64,000 nt of DNA, taken from contig JBDRQD010000030.1 of assembly GCA_043826455.1 (NCBI GenBank), positions 61,182-125,181 of the forward strand. Reading direction: 5' to 3'. Made by a program: the position numbers and the translations under genes. The notes beneath the pieces are model-generated. The model made no database searches. It was not told the origin of the DNA and saw only the letters and a program-made list of their open reading frames with translations. Position 1 is the first letter of the stretch; each line of letters begins with the position of its first letter. The DNA is from Candidatus Bathyarchaeota archaeon (GTDB lineage Archaea; Thermoproteota; Bathyarchaeia; TCS64). This document shows, piece after piece, positions 1 through 9,297 of this stretch.

Positions 1-1
1 G

Positions 2-151
2 TTACAAATCCTGTGTAACAATAAATACGGAAACCCCATCATACCCCATATAATAGCAGAGGACGAAAAAAGCAGCCAAAGTCTAATAGAAGAAATACAG
101 GACAAACACATCACCATCTGCGAGAAAACCCGGGAGATAGAATATGTCTAA
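2..151 (+). CDS. 3' end of a probable minimal nucleotidyltransferase (MNT) antitoxin, 5'-truncated by window edge
   Basis: Frame 2 is open from the edge (LQILCNNKYGNPIIPHIIAEDE...LIEEIQDKHITICEK...EYV*); stop at 149-151 overlaps the HEPN ATG at 144, typical MNT-HEPN coupling. Confidence 0.55.
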   Translation, partial: LQILCNNKYGNPIIPHIIAEDEKSSQSLIEEIQDKHITICEKTREIEYV

Positions 152-545
152 AACAAGGCATGTAAACAAGGAACTCTACCGAAACTATCTTCAAAAAGCA
201 CGTGAAAACTTAGAAACCGCAAAAGAGTCACTACAAGCCGGACGCTGGAACGCCGCCGTAATAAACGCGGTTCACAGCGGCATAAGCGCAACCGACGCCA
301 TAACCGTCTTTATGGTGGGTGTAAGACACGCAGGAGATAGGCACGAGGATGCTCTTGCGTTACTCCAAACCCTAAATCTACCAAAAGATACACTCAGGGC
401 AAAAAGTAGACAACTGAGTAGACTACTCAGCATCAAGAACGCCTCTGAGTACGAAGAGAGACTCATCAGGGAAAAAGAGGCGATAGAAGCCGTAAAAGAC
501 GCTGAAAGATACTTTGAATATGTGGAAGCTATACTTCACACATAA
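144..545 (+). CDS. HEPN domain protein (MNT-HEPN toxin-antitoxin partner)
   Basis: 133 aa helical protein with YLQKARENLETA...GRWNAA...A and C-terminal KNASEY...EA..A...AE pattern. Confidence 0.8.
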   Translation: MSKTRHVNKELYRNYLQKARENLETAKESLQAGRWNAAVINAVHSGISATDAITVFMVGVRHAGDRHEDALALLQTLNLPKDTLRAKSRQLSRLLSIKNASEYEERLIREKEAIEAVKDAERYFEYVEAILHT

Positions 546-649
546 CTCATCATCTATTCTTACATTTTAAGAGGAACTTGATCTTAGGTAACCAGCGTCA
601 ATAATATATCCCATAGTGGTCGCAGTCGTCGCCCTGGCCTCCCCAAGTA

Positions 650-1216
650 GTGTACGCGTTATACGCAGAGGGCTACCTGTACGCGGACGCCTACATGAGG
701 CTCTACATGCTTCAGTTCATCTCCCTCAGGTTAGGTGGAGTAGGTCTGGTAAGCCTCTTAATCGCGTTAAAGGAGACCCGCGTCGTCTTCACCTATTCTC
801 TCATCAACTTTCTGGTAACCATCTCCTTGGGACTGGTACTTATACCGGGGCTTGGCGTCAACGGGCAAATAGCATCCATCACTCTAGGCCCGTTAACCGG
901 GCTATCCTACGGGCTATGGTGGGTTAAGAAAAATCTGGGCATCACAATCGACTTTACAGTCGCATCCAAAACCCTTCTAGCAGCCATCGCCGCCTGCCTC
1001 ACCACCAACGTATTCGTCTCTATGTCTAACCTCAACCCCTGGCTCACTTTGCTTATAGACAGAGCCATATGCATGACCGTCTACGTCGCCTCAGTCATCA
1101 CATTAAAGGTGCTGAACCACAGGGACATAGACAACCTAGAGAACATCACCACCGGCCTAGGACCCCTATCGCCGCCCCTAACACACGTACTCAGATTGTT
1201 GAAACAGGTCACCTAG
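650..1216 (+). pseudogene. C-terminal fragment of an oligosaccharide flippase (MOP/Wzx-like)
   Basis: Only ~188 aa of multi-TM sequence (LIPGLGVNG..IA, DIDNLENI tail); the N-terminal half is missing. Confidence 0.6.
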
Positions 1217-1307
1217 TATGCGCACGCGGCCCCCCTCTCACCCCTTATATTTCACTGAACCCTAGCCACTTTAAACATGTTTTATAATCTCGTCAACCTA
1301 AACCAGC

Positions 1308-1323
1308 ATATTGGTACCAATAT
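1308..1323. repeat. Palindrome copy 1, ATATTGGTACCAATAT
   Basis: Perfect 16-bp palindrome with core TATTGGTACCAATA, intergenic. Confidence 0.9.
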
Positions 1324-1514
1324 AGCGCCGGGTGCTCACACCCAGCCCAATCAACTCACTTTGGACGCATAAGTGCTATCAAGCTTGATACTGGTTGAAT
1401 AGCGTCAGTTGTGCCGTTGAGAAAAAAGGGTGACCTCGCAATGCGGCACATGGTTGGCGGTATCAAAGAAATGGTGTTGATTGGATCTAATTCATTACCT
1501 TATCTGTGTTAGCT

Positions 1515-1877
1515 CTACCTCGATCCTCTCTGAGACCCACGTGGTCCCTGTAGAGCTCCAGTAGGATTACCCGGAGCTCGCCTCTTCTCAGGGTGGTTGG
1601 ACAGCAGGGCCTCTCTCAGGTCGGTGACCTGGTCCGATCCCTTCTTGAATGCTTGGATGTACCTGTCACGCAGGTAAGTGTACATGTCTCCCTCGAGGAG
1701 GCTGAGTATGATCCTCAGGGCTGTACCCCTCACCCTGGCATCAGTTGTCTCCAGGAGCCTCTCCATGGCTCCCTGTGTCGCCTCACGCACCCTGCGCCTC
1801 GACTCCTCGCTACCCCTGCTGAGGATGTTCTGGACAACCTTGGTTAAAGGTTGGATGCTGTGTTGACAATGTGTCAT
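1515..1877 (-). pseudogene. Probable degraded hypothetical gene
   Basis: Helical segment ERLLETTDARVRG...LREALLSNHPEK appears to continue in another frame as ELRVILLELYRDH. Confidence 0.3.
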
Positions 1878-1911
1878 AAGCAGTATAGCGACCTTACAAT
1901 GTGCTTGTTGA

Positions 1912-2127
1912 GTGGTTCAAGGTGAAGCGCATGCGGTTATTGGTGCTGTCAGAGGCTCTACTCTGGGATCGTCTATAGCTCTCGAGGAACTTGAGGCCTT
2001 AGGATGCACGCTAGTAGGAGCGCCCAGGTCCAAGGGAGAACCTGTTGACAGCGGCGATCATGGATGCGAGGATGTCTATATCTTGTTGAGGATCATGCGG
2101 GTTATGGCGGCGAAAGCGGCTGCGTAA
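1912..2127 (+). pseudogene. Possible nucleoside phosphorylase fragment
   Basis: GSSIALEELEALGC resembles the PNP/UDP-family A..LEEL..LG motif; the rest does not fit. Confidence 0.3.
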
Positions 2128-2700
2128 GCATCCATGGTGAGAGGTTGCATAGACTGAAGATTTGGGCAGGTGGCGTGGTGAGTTTACTATGAGCTTCGCC
2201 CAGTGTTCTCAGGGTATCTACGATTTAATGTCTTTTTTCAGATAGACCATAGTACACATTGGGGAGTCCTCGGCCCTCCAGGAAACCAGTTATTGGCTAC
2301 ACGTGTGGGGACCAGGAACTCTTCAACGAACTGGTTGAAAAGGTACTTCCTAACCAACGGGTTGGCTGGCGCTCAAGGATTCGCTCAAGACCCTGTTGAG
2401 ACTGAAGGAACTGGGCATCGCCGTTGGGAAACCTCCTTTGTAGGTAGGTTCGATAACCATGGGAGCCTAACAGGAACTTGGGTCATAACTACAGCAGGAG
2501 CAGCCTTAACCTGAGCCGGAACCAGTTGGGGAACCTCCTCAACTTAAGCAACAACCTGTTAATGAACCTCAGTAGAACCAGGCTAAGCAACCTAAACCTG
2601 AACTTAAACTATACTTACTAGAAATTCAGTTCCTAGGGACTGGTCCTTCGTGGCCGCCCGTTCAAGTTCAGTTTCAGGTTCCAATAGGGGTATAACAACC

Positions 2701-3049
2701 GGTTCACAAACTGGTTCACTCAGGTTCCTCTCAGGTTTCCTTCGTGTTATGCTCAGGTTTCTCTCAGGTTCAATTTGGCTATCCTCCAGTTATCGCTTGG
2801 TTTCCATCAGGCTTTCCCATGGTTTCCCTCAGGCTTTCCTCCGGCTTTCGCGTGGCTTCACTAAGGCTTCCTTCAGCTTCCCTTCAGCCTTCGCGTGGCT
2901 TCCCTTAGGTTATCCTTCAGCTATCCCGTGGTTTCCATCAGGCTTCCCTCCAGCTATCCCGTGGTTCCTTCCAGTTGTCACGCGGTTTCCCTCTAGCTAT
3001 CCTCCAGTTATGCCGTGGCTCCCCTCAGGTTCAACCAAGTTCACTCTCT
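2701..3049 (+). repeat. Degenerate tandem array, ~32 units of 10-12 bp (mostly 11), each starting RGYT
   Basis: Units such as ggtttccatca/ggctttcccat/ggtttccctca/ggctttcctcc/ggctttcgcgt; partial 33-bp higher-order repeat at 2897-2962. Confidence 0.9.
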
Positions 3050-3166
3050 AGCTCTGGATACGGCTCTCCAGTTGCTCAGCCAGAAGATGACAGGCTCGTG
3101 AGACGTGAACTTGGGGCCCTTCAACGAGGCGATGTGGGAAAATATTAGGTAGTTACTGGAGCCAAG

Positions 3167-3397
3167 GTGCCCTACAACTTCCACAGGATAGCCGCCGAGA
3201 TAAGCCGCCTCAGAGAGGTCCAGGAGCTCCACCTGATGGCTGGAGAATAGAACTTCATGGTCAAGATCAGGGCCAGGGACAGCGGAGAGGTGGGCAGCTT
3301 CGTCATGGACAGGCTTAGGCTCGTCCAGGGCGTGGAGCGGTGCCTCACGTGTATTGTCTTCGAGACTGTGAAGGAGTCAGCTGATATCCCTATCTGA
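3167..3397 (+). pseudogene. Lrp/AsnC ligand-binding domain pseudogene
   Basis: IAAEISRLREVQELHLMAGE*NFMVKIRARD...VERCLTCIVFETVKE with in-frame TAG at 3248-3250; no HTH upstream. Confidence 0.8.
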
Positions 3398-3418
3398 GCT
3401 TGCCCATTTAACCTAGTT

Positions 3419-3432
3419 TATTGGTACCAATA
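3419..3432. repeat. Palindrome copy 2, TATTGGTACCAATA
   Basis: Perfect 14-bp palindrome 21 bp after the Lrp pseudogene stop. Confidence 0.9.
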
Positions 3433-3504
3433 GGTTCGCCTCTTCACATGTATCATCATCACCTTATGAACGCCAAAGTGCAGCCTTGAAGTATATTTCA
3501 AGTG

Positions 3505-3732
3505 TTAGAAACGTTCTAGTTTACATATCTTGCACGGTTGCCAGATGTAGCGCTGCTTCTGGCTCTCATAGAAGTTGTATGCTTCCTCGACTGTCTTGAA
3601 GCTGAACCATCCGCCGGAGCCCCTCATGGCGCCGACACCCTTGGACAGGGATTCCTCGGGTCTGCAGAAGAGGCAGCTCTCATGGTGGAGCTTCCATATC
3701 CTTGTGGGCAAGTCGGCGTTGAGCCAGAACAT
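3505..3732 (-). CDS. Small putative metal-binding protein
   Basis: 75 aa with KLHHESCLFC and C-terminal PCKIC. Confidence 0.55.
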   Translation of the reverse strand: MFWLNADLPTRIWKLHHESCLFCRPEESLSKGVGAMRGSGGWFSFKTVEEAYNFYESQKQRYIWQPCKICKLERF

Positions 3733-3836
3733 TGTACGCGGATACGTCCCACGATGGTTAATTATGGTTTATGAATGACTGGTCATAAGCTGCCACGTCT
3801 CCTCCGGATGCCCGTAGAGGGGTATTGATACCCGCA

Positions 3837-4367
3837 TCAGGTGTCCTCGGCTCGCTCACCGGCGATGAGCCGCGCCCCTGTCAACGCCTTCTTGTACACG
3901 TCCACGTGCAGCCAGAAGCCGCACGCTATGAGAAGATCGAGGCACTCCACGAACTCGTCAAAAGTCAAGTGTCCCTCAGCCAAACCATACAACAATACGC
4001 CTACAGTGCCCATGGAGCGCACTCCAAACACCCGGGCCGTCCCAGCTGCCTCCCTCTCATCAACCAGGAAGACTGTGCCCAGCCTCCGGGCCAGGAGGAC
4101 CGCCTCGGCCTCGCCTGTGTGCAGCCCGGAGACTGCGACCAGGGCGGAGGCGTCGTCCTCGGCTTCCGCCGAGACCCGTAGCCATCCCTCCGCCAGGGCT
4201 TTCCTGATCAGCAAAGAGTCGGCGGACTCTCCGGAGGAGGCCTCCTCCCTCACCTTCTCCGGTATGAGGATCTCGCCGAAGAGGTGCTTCAGGGTGGAGA
4301 GCCTGTTGATCTTTGCCAACCAGATTAACGGACTGCTATCGCTAACTGCGCCTGCTTCGCTTGACAT
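3837..4367 (-). CDS. PIN-domain ribonuclease (DUF3368-like) toxin
   Basis: VSDSSPLI, IPEKVREE, LHTGEAEA..LA, LVDEREA, GTVGVL motifs. Confidence 0.9.
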   Translation of the reverse strand: MSSEAGAVSDSSPLIWLAKINRLSTLKHLFGEILIPEKVREEASSGESADSLLIRKALAEGWLRVSAEAEDDASALVAVSGLHTGEAEAVLLARRLGTVFLVDEREAAGTARVFGVRSMGTVGVLLYGLAEGHLTFDEFVECLDLLIACGFWLHVDVYKKALTGARLIAGERAEDT

Positions 4368-4662
4368 ACTCCAGGTCACGGTCCAGCTCATCTAGCGTAT
4401 AGGGTACGGGAACCTTACGCTCCTTCACGATCTCCATAATCTCTCTAAGGGAGAGGCCCGCCATCTCGGAGGCCCTCCAGAGGGTTACCTTACCGTCCCG
4501 GTAGTCCTTGACGGCTTCATCTATCCTTCTCTGTCGGAGAGCTGCATCCAGTAGACGCCTGATCAACTCGGAGCGATCAACCTTCTCCTTCTTCGCGGTC
4601 GCCTCGATCTCCTCAAGCATTTCTCTGGAGAGCCTCGCGGTCACTGATTCAAGAGACATCAA
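4342..4662 (-). CDS. UPF0175-family antitoxin with N-terminal RHH-like region
   Basis: DRSELIRRLL and AVKDYRDGKVTLWRASEMAGLS motifs; overlaps the PIN gene. Confidence 0.85.
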   Translation of the reverse strand: MMSLESVTARLSREMLEEIEATAKKEKVDRSELIRRLLDAALRQRRIDEAVKDYRDGKVTLWRASEMAGLSLREIMEIVKERKVPVPYTLDELDRDLEYVKRSRRS

Positions 4663-4752
4663 ACGTCGTGTACAAAAGAATCAATCGCACACTATAAGTA
4701 TTGCTTTCATACTGACAGCCTGAGACGAAGCCAGTTTATGCCTTTTCTTCAA

Positions 4753-5103
4753 TCAAGTGGGTTGAGGTTTTCCCGGCATGAGACTTGTTCCGCATTCTGG
4801 GCAGAACTTCACCTCGGCTGAGACACGGCTGCCGCATCCTGGGCATATCACAAGTGTTCTAACAACCTGTTGGGGCGGCTGCGGCTGTATCGGCTGCGAA
4901 ACAGCCCCTGTCTCGCCTTTAGACATTAAACCCATGATAAGAAAAACGATTCCAATGAAGGTGACCACAGGTGCAATCCTCGGGTCAAACATTTCTCCGG
5001 GAGATAGTAGACCCAGACTAGGAAGAATCGCCGCGAATACACCCAGACATATAAAGAAGATTCCAAACCCAACGTTGTTTTTATCCATGCCGGGTGCTTC
5101 CAA
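4753..5103 (-). CDS. Two-TM protein with C-terminal zinc ribbon
   Basis: Two hydrophobic segments, Pro/Gln linker, CPGCG...KFCPECG. Confidence 0.8.
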   Translation of the reverse strand: MEAPGMDKNNVGFGIFFICLGVFAAILPSLGLLSPGEMFDPRIAPVVTFIGIVFLIMGLMSKGETGAVSQPIQPQPPQQVVRTLVICPGCGSRVSAEVKFCPECGTSLMPGKPQPT

Positions 5104-5405
5104 GCTCTTTATGTAAGGACTCTAAATAGAGTTTGAGAATTAAGACATATTTAACGCTTCTATAGGGAATACTTGTTTTAAGGGGTTAATCAAAACCTCT
5201 TATGAATGTTAAGGAAGGGTAGAATGCGTTTTACCCCTAGCATCGATCATTAAAATATGTGATTTGTTATCAACTCAACACTTGCAGTCTGGGAAAGGAG
5301 GCATCGTGGGTACCCCATCAGAAATATTCTGGTTTCAGGAAAAGTATACCTTGGAGCAATAAGCTGAGATACTCCTCCCAGCAACTTCTCTCCAACTGAG
5401 ACACG

Positions 5406-6458
5406 TTAACTGATGGGCGCGTAAGTGGTCTCACCAACCCGCACGAACCGGGGCTGGTCCGAGGCTATGTCTCTGAAAACCGCGTCGACTCTATACCCCT
5501 GGATATCTCCACCAGTGTTCCACCGGTAGGTCTGATTGAATGGCCCTGTCCAGCTTCGGCTCTCAGGAGCCAGCTGATCCACAACAAGCCTCCTTGGAGT
5601 ATTCCCGGATCCATCATAGTACAGTCGGGTCACCTCGTAGCCATACAGCTGATACTTTGAACGATCATAGCTGGAGGTGCCCCACTCAATTAAAACCCGC
5701 CTGTTATCCCAGTTAGCCCTCAGGTTAAGATTGTCAGGCAGCCCCGAGAGTTGGTTCCCGACTCCCATAGGAGGGTTTACCGGGGGTGGTGGGACCCCTA
5801 TCGTGGAAGGAGGGACGCCGTGTTCCCCGCTGGGCGCATCAGGTTCTGATGCTAAATATTCTCCAGTACTAATGTAGCGACCACGTTTCTTGGGGTCGAG
5901 CCCGTGATGCTTTTTACTTGCTACGGTGGTCACTATTGAGATGAACATTATCGCAGCGAATACTACCACCGCTGTACCTACGGCGGATGCGGTCGTACCA
6001 GTAAACCCAATGGCCTCACCTATGAAGGAGAACATGTTCATAATGTCAAGGATCATGTAAGGCCAGCTAGTTCCTCCACCGGATACCCTCTGGACACTCC
6101 ACCGACCCGCGAGGCCCTGCCCGTCCACGTATGTCCCCTCTCCTGTGCCGTCTGACTTGATGGCCCCCGAGAAGGTCGCCGACCCGCCGCCATAGGGGGA
6201 AGGCCCCGTGAACCTGACGTTTCCTGCCGAGTCCACGGTCCCGCTCAGGGCCGGCGGGTCACTGGATACGACACCGCTACGTACTATGAAGCCGTTGTTG
6301 ACGCGGCGGGTCTCCCAGCCACTGGGCCCGTTGAGGTTATAGGCGTAGTTGTAGACGCCGTCGAAGGACGCGGCCTTAACCATGGTAACGGTATGGACCC
6401 GTGTCAGGCCACCCAAGAACATGATTATCAAGAACGCGAGAACCTTTTTCCCAGTCAT
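5406..6458 (-). CDS. Membrane-anchored hypothetical protein (beta-rich ectodomain, TM, Pro-rich linker, FN3-like C-terminus)
   Basis: Signal-like N-terminus, internal TM, LNLRANW...IEW...GYEVTR...YRVDA pattern. Confidence 0.65.
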   Translation of the reverse strand: MTGKKVLAFLIIMFLGGLTRVHTVTMVKAASFDGVYNYAYNLNGPSGWETRRVNNGFIVRSGVVSSDPPALSGTVDSAGNVRFTGPSPYGGGSATFSGAIKSDGTGEGTYVDGQGLAGRWSVQRVSGGGTSWPYMILDIMNMFSFIGEAIGFTGTTASAVGTAVVVFAAIMFISIVTTVASKKHHGLDPKKRGRYISTGEYLASEPDAPSGEHGVPPSTIGVPPPPVNPPMGVGNQLSGLPDNLNLRANWDNRRVLIEWGTSSYDRSKYQLYGYEVTRLYYDGSGNTPRRLVVDQLAPESRSWTGPFNQTYRWNTGGDIQGYRVDAVFRDIASDQPRFVRVGETTYAPIS

Positions 6459-6587
6459 CCGACCTCACCTAATCTATATCATCCCTATTCCTGTATATAT
6501 TAACCGATATGAGAAGCCAAGAATTGTAAAGACATACGAGTAACTTATGGGCTCTCCACGGTAAATACTTCTAATAAAAATGAGGGT

Positions 6588-6815
6588 TTAGAGGACTATC
6601 ATGGTGATGGTGGACCTCACATTCTCTAATCGCCGAATCTTCCAGCTGATGACATCCTTCAGCTCCTGCATAGTCGTCGCTTCGACCATGGTGATGATGT
6701 CGTAGACCCCGTAGACCATGTACGCCTCCTTCACCTCAGGGATCTTTGAGACCGCTTTGAGTACATCGGCCTCCGCCCCAATCTCCGCGTTGATCAACAC
6801 ATACGCCTTAGCCAA
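6588..6815 (-). CDS. Stand-alone Lrp/AsnC ligand-binding domain protein
   Basis: AYVLIN...VKEAYMVYGVYDII...IRRLENVRSTITMIV; TTG start with GGTGG RBS. Confidence 0.9.
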   Translation of the reverse strand: MAKAYVLINAEIGAEADVLKAVSKIPEVKEAYMVYGVYDIITMVEATTMQELKDVISWKIRRLENVRSTITMIVL

Positions 6816-6972
6816 ACCACCACCGATTCACACTAGCCCGTAAACGTTGATAAACGCTTCTCAACACAGTACTAGCAATATTACACTGGGACATATGAGT
6901 GATGGTCTCGATACTCTATCAGAGGCTTTGCCCGCGAGCGTTATGTTTCATGAGCCCGGTGTATGTTATTCT

Positions 6973-7581
6973 TTATATCAGGTCTGGGGGAACTTTGTCA
7001 TGCTGGAAGAATCGGTAGGTTTCGCAGGTTTCCCCTACGCAGTAGTATCTTGGCCTGCCTTTCCCCATGCAACAGCGTATGCACCTCGCCCGGTCCCGTA
7101 AACGTCTGACGGCCCGGTTTTTCCTTATCCAGAAAAACCGGTAAAAGGCCCTGAACTTGGGGCTCCTAATGACGGGCATCGCGGCGTCGAGCACCGCGTC
7201 ACGGAGGGCTCCGAGGGGTCGGAGGTCCACGGACTCTGTGAACCTGTCCTCCTCGGCGCTGTACGCATACACCTTGTCGAAGAGTCCTCGTAGCTGTCTC
7301 CAGTCGTGCCTACTGTACTGGGTCTCCGGGACCACCAGGACGTAGACGTCGGCCCAGGGGGACTGGTTTCTGCGTCGCCCTTTCTCGCGGAGCCTCCTGA
7401 TGCTGGGCCTGGTCTCGCACTCGACGTAAATGCTTCGTCTGCGGCGCATGAATTGTACGTCCGCTCGCTGGCTGCCGCTGCCGCTCCAGGGAACCATTAA
7501 TGACTCGAACCAGCATTGGCTTCCCTCCGCCATATGCCGCTCCACGGCCTTCTTGAGGGCTATGTGCAGCTGGGACTCCAT
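6973..7581 (-). CDS. Putative PD-(D/E)XK nuclease-fold protein with Cys-rich C-terminus
   Basis: ES.LH..LK, RADV...IYVECET motif; tail CIRCC...YC...TC. Confidence 0.55.
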   Translation of the reverse strand: MESQLHIALKKAVERHMAEGSQCWFESLMVPWSGSGSQRADVQFMRRRRSIYVECETRPSIRRLREKGRRRNQSPWADVYVLVVPETQYSRHDWRQLRGLFDKVYAYSAEEDRFTESVDLRPLGALRDAVLDAAMPVIRSPKFRAFYRFFWIRKNRAVRRLRDRARCIRCCMGKGRPRYYCVGETCETYRFFQHDKVPPDLI

Positions 7582-7704
7582 CTCAGGTTACTCTCCTAGA
7601 CCGCGGATATAGGTCTAACATGTGCAGCGCCCAAGTCTGTTTCCTTGATTTCGCAAGACTATTTCTGACCTTGAAAACACTCGATCCTGAACCTGTAGGC
7701 TTTG

Positions 7705-8463
7705 CTAGTCTCCGAGTCTTTCTATGATGCCCTCATAGGTTTTCAGGGCTTTGATGCCCTCCTCGGTGATCCTGTACTTGTATCGGCGGGCCGTGGCCTT
7801 CTCCCGGGTGAGGTACCCCTTGGTTACAAGATCATCAACCATGCTCTTCCCGGGGTTCCACGGGATAACCGTCCTGTTGAGCATCCTGTTCAGCACGGTC
7901 TCCCCCTCGTACACCGCCTTAAGCAGGTCATGGTACCTGTCCATGCTGGAGCGGGCCTTAACCTGGTACACAACCCGTGACCCATCCATCAGCGCATATT
8001 TCTCCCTCACCCTGTGGACGGCGCCAGCTATCACACCGGCGAAGGCCTCGGCGGTCTCCGCGTCCTTCTCCGAGAAGCGTCCAGGATGGCGGCTCTCGAA
8101 GTTGACTGTCCCCAGCACCTTTCCACCGTGGATAAGTGGGACGCATAGCTCGGACAGCATGGTGAAGCTGTCGCTGCCGTTGCCTGGGAAGTAGTCCGGG
8201 TCCTCTCTGGTGTCGTTGACCAACTGCGTCTGCCTGGTCTTTATGGTGCGGGCGTTTATGCTGGGCCAGTCCAGGTTCAGGTCCATGATCACTCGTTCGC
8301 CTATTGTGCTTACCGACTTGAGGATGCTGCCCTCTATTACGGCTAGGGCGACCTTGTCTGTGGGTATGACTGAGTACAGCATGGTTGTGGCGAACATGGC
8401 CACGTCTTCCAGGGTGTAGAACTGGTCTAGTGTTTCTCGGGTGAACCTTAGTTTTTCTTCCAT
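7705..8463 (-). CDS. GAF + winged-helix one-component regulator
   Basis: GAF (VNDTREDPDY..SELCVPL..GTVNFES..F) plus C-terminal wHTH (YKYRITEEGIKAL). Confidence 0.85.
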   Translation of the reverse strand: MEEKLRFTRETLDQFYTLEDVAMFATTMLYSVIPTDKVALAVIEGSILKSVSTIGERVIMDLNLDWPSINARTIKTRQTQLVNDTREDPDYFPGNGSDSFTMLSELCVPLIHGGKVLGTVNFESRHPGRFSEKDAETAEAFAGVIAGAVHRVREKYALMDGSRVVYQVKARSSMDRYHDLLKAVYEGETVLNRMLNRTVIPWNPGKSMVDDLVTKGYLTREKATARRYKYRITEEGIKALKTYEGIIERLGD

Positions 8464-8539
8464 ATCACCACACACGCGTGATATTCTGGGAGTCGATTAC
8501 AATACCCTCTTAAGAGATGTTCTTATAAGTTTAATGAAT

Positions 8540-8707
8540 TCAGTTACCAGCTTGGTCCTCACCCTCCACTTCCCTGATCTCTCTGATGTCCATCATCAGC
8601 AGCGTGAGTGTGAGCATGTCGCCGCCGATCATGCGGTGCAGGGCCCTGCCCCATACATGGTCCAGCGCCTTCACAAGGGCCTCTTTTATTTGTCCTAGTG
8701 GGTTCAT
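8540..8707 (-). CDS. Small hypothetical protein (55 aa, not in ORF track)
   Basis: MNPLGQIKEALVKALDHVWG...; ATG with purine-rich leader. Confidence 0.35.
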   Translation of the reverse strand: MNPLGQIKEALVKALDHVWGRALHRMIGGDMLTLTLLMMDIREIREVEGEDQAGN

Positions 8708-8908
8708 TTTTCTCACTTCAACCTCATCGCGCTTTCATGGCCTGATCATCTGGTTTCAGCGACTCTCCTCCGAGCCTATTTGGATCGAAACCAGCACAAC
8801 ATCCACAATATATACGTGTTATGGACGGCTCCCCGTACATACGTCGTGCAAAACCTATTTATGGTTTACCCAATCCATCCAATGAAACGGACACTTTAGG
8901 GATAAAAC

Positions 8909-9064
8909 ATGCCTGAACTAAGGGTCACTATACCTGACAAGATGAACGAACTGCTGGACGAGCTCGTGGAGACCGGGCTCTTCACCTCCAAGGCCGACCT
9001 GGTCAGGTTCGCCACCGTCGCCTACCTGAAGGAACTGGGCTGGATCAAGAAACCAGAAGATTAG
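8909..9064 (+). CDS. Ribbon-helix-helix (CopG/Arc/MetJ-like) protein, 51 aa (not in ORF track)
   Basis: MPELRVTIPDKMNELLDELVETGLFTSKADLVRFATVAYLKE. Confidence 0.85.
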   Translation: MPELRVTIPDKMNELLDELVETGLFTSKADLVRFATVAYLKELGWIKKPED

Positions 9065-9297
9065 AGTAGTCCTCTTCTAGCTTGGCTTTTAATCGATAGT
9101 GCCCCACAAGGTGAACTGCTCTACATTCCAAGGGCTTCTCTCCAGGGTGCCGATGACCGTGTCGAAGTCTTCCCGCTCAATGTTCTGCTCGCTGCACACT
9201 ATCAGCCAGGCTACCTCTTCTCCTTCCCCTATATGAGGAATTACACCTTGAGACGCTTTCCTTGTAATGACTGTGTCTTGATTGGAAAATCGTTTAT

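Noticed and set aside
2502..2621. LRR-like reading (LNLSRNQL..LNLSNNLL) on the + strand
   Set aside because: Very short, lacks LRR spacing, and is explained by the repeated AACC/AACT motifs.
2650..3051. 133-aa Pro/Phe/Ser-rich ORF, or a CRISPR reading of the array
   Set aside because: An 11-bp period with 10- and 12-bp units is not codon-phased, and there is no constant repeat with unique spacers.
3248..3250. In-frame TAG as pyrrolysine
   Set aside because: The position is normally aromatic (one change from TGG or TAY), the gene lacks its HTH, and no pyl genes are in the window.
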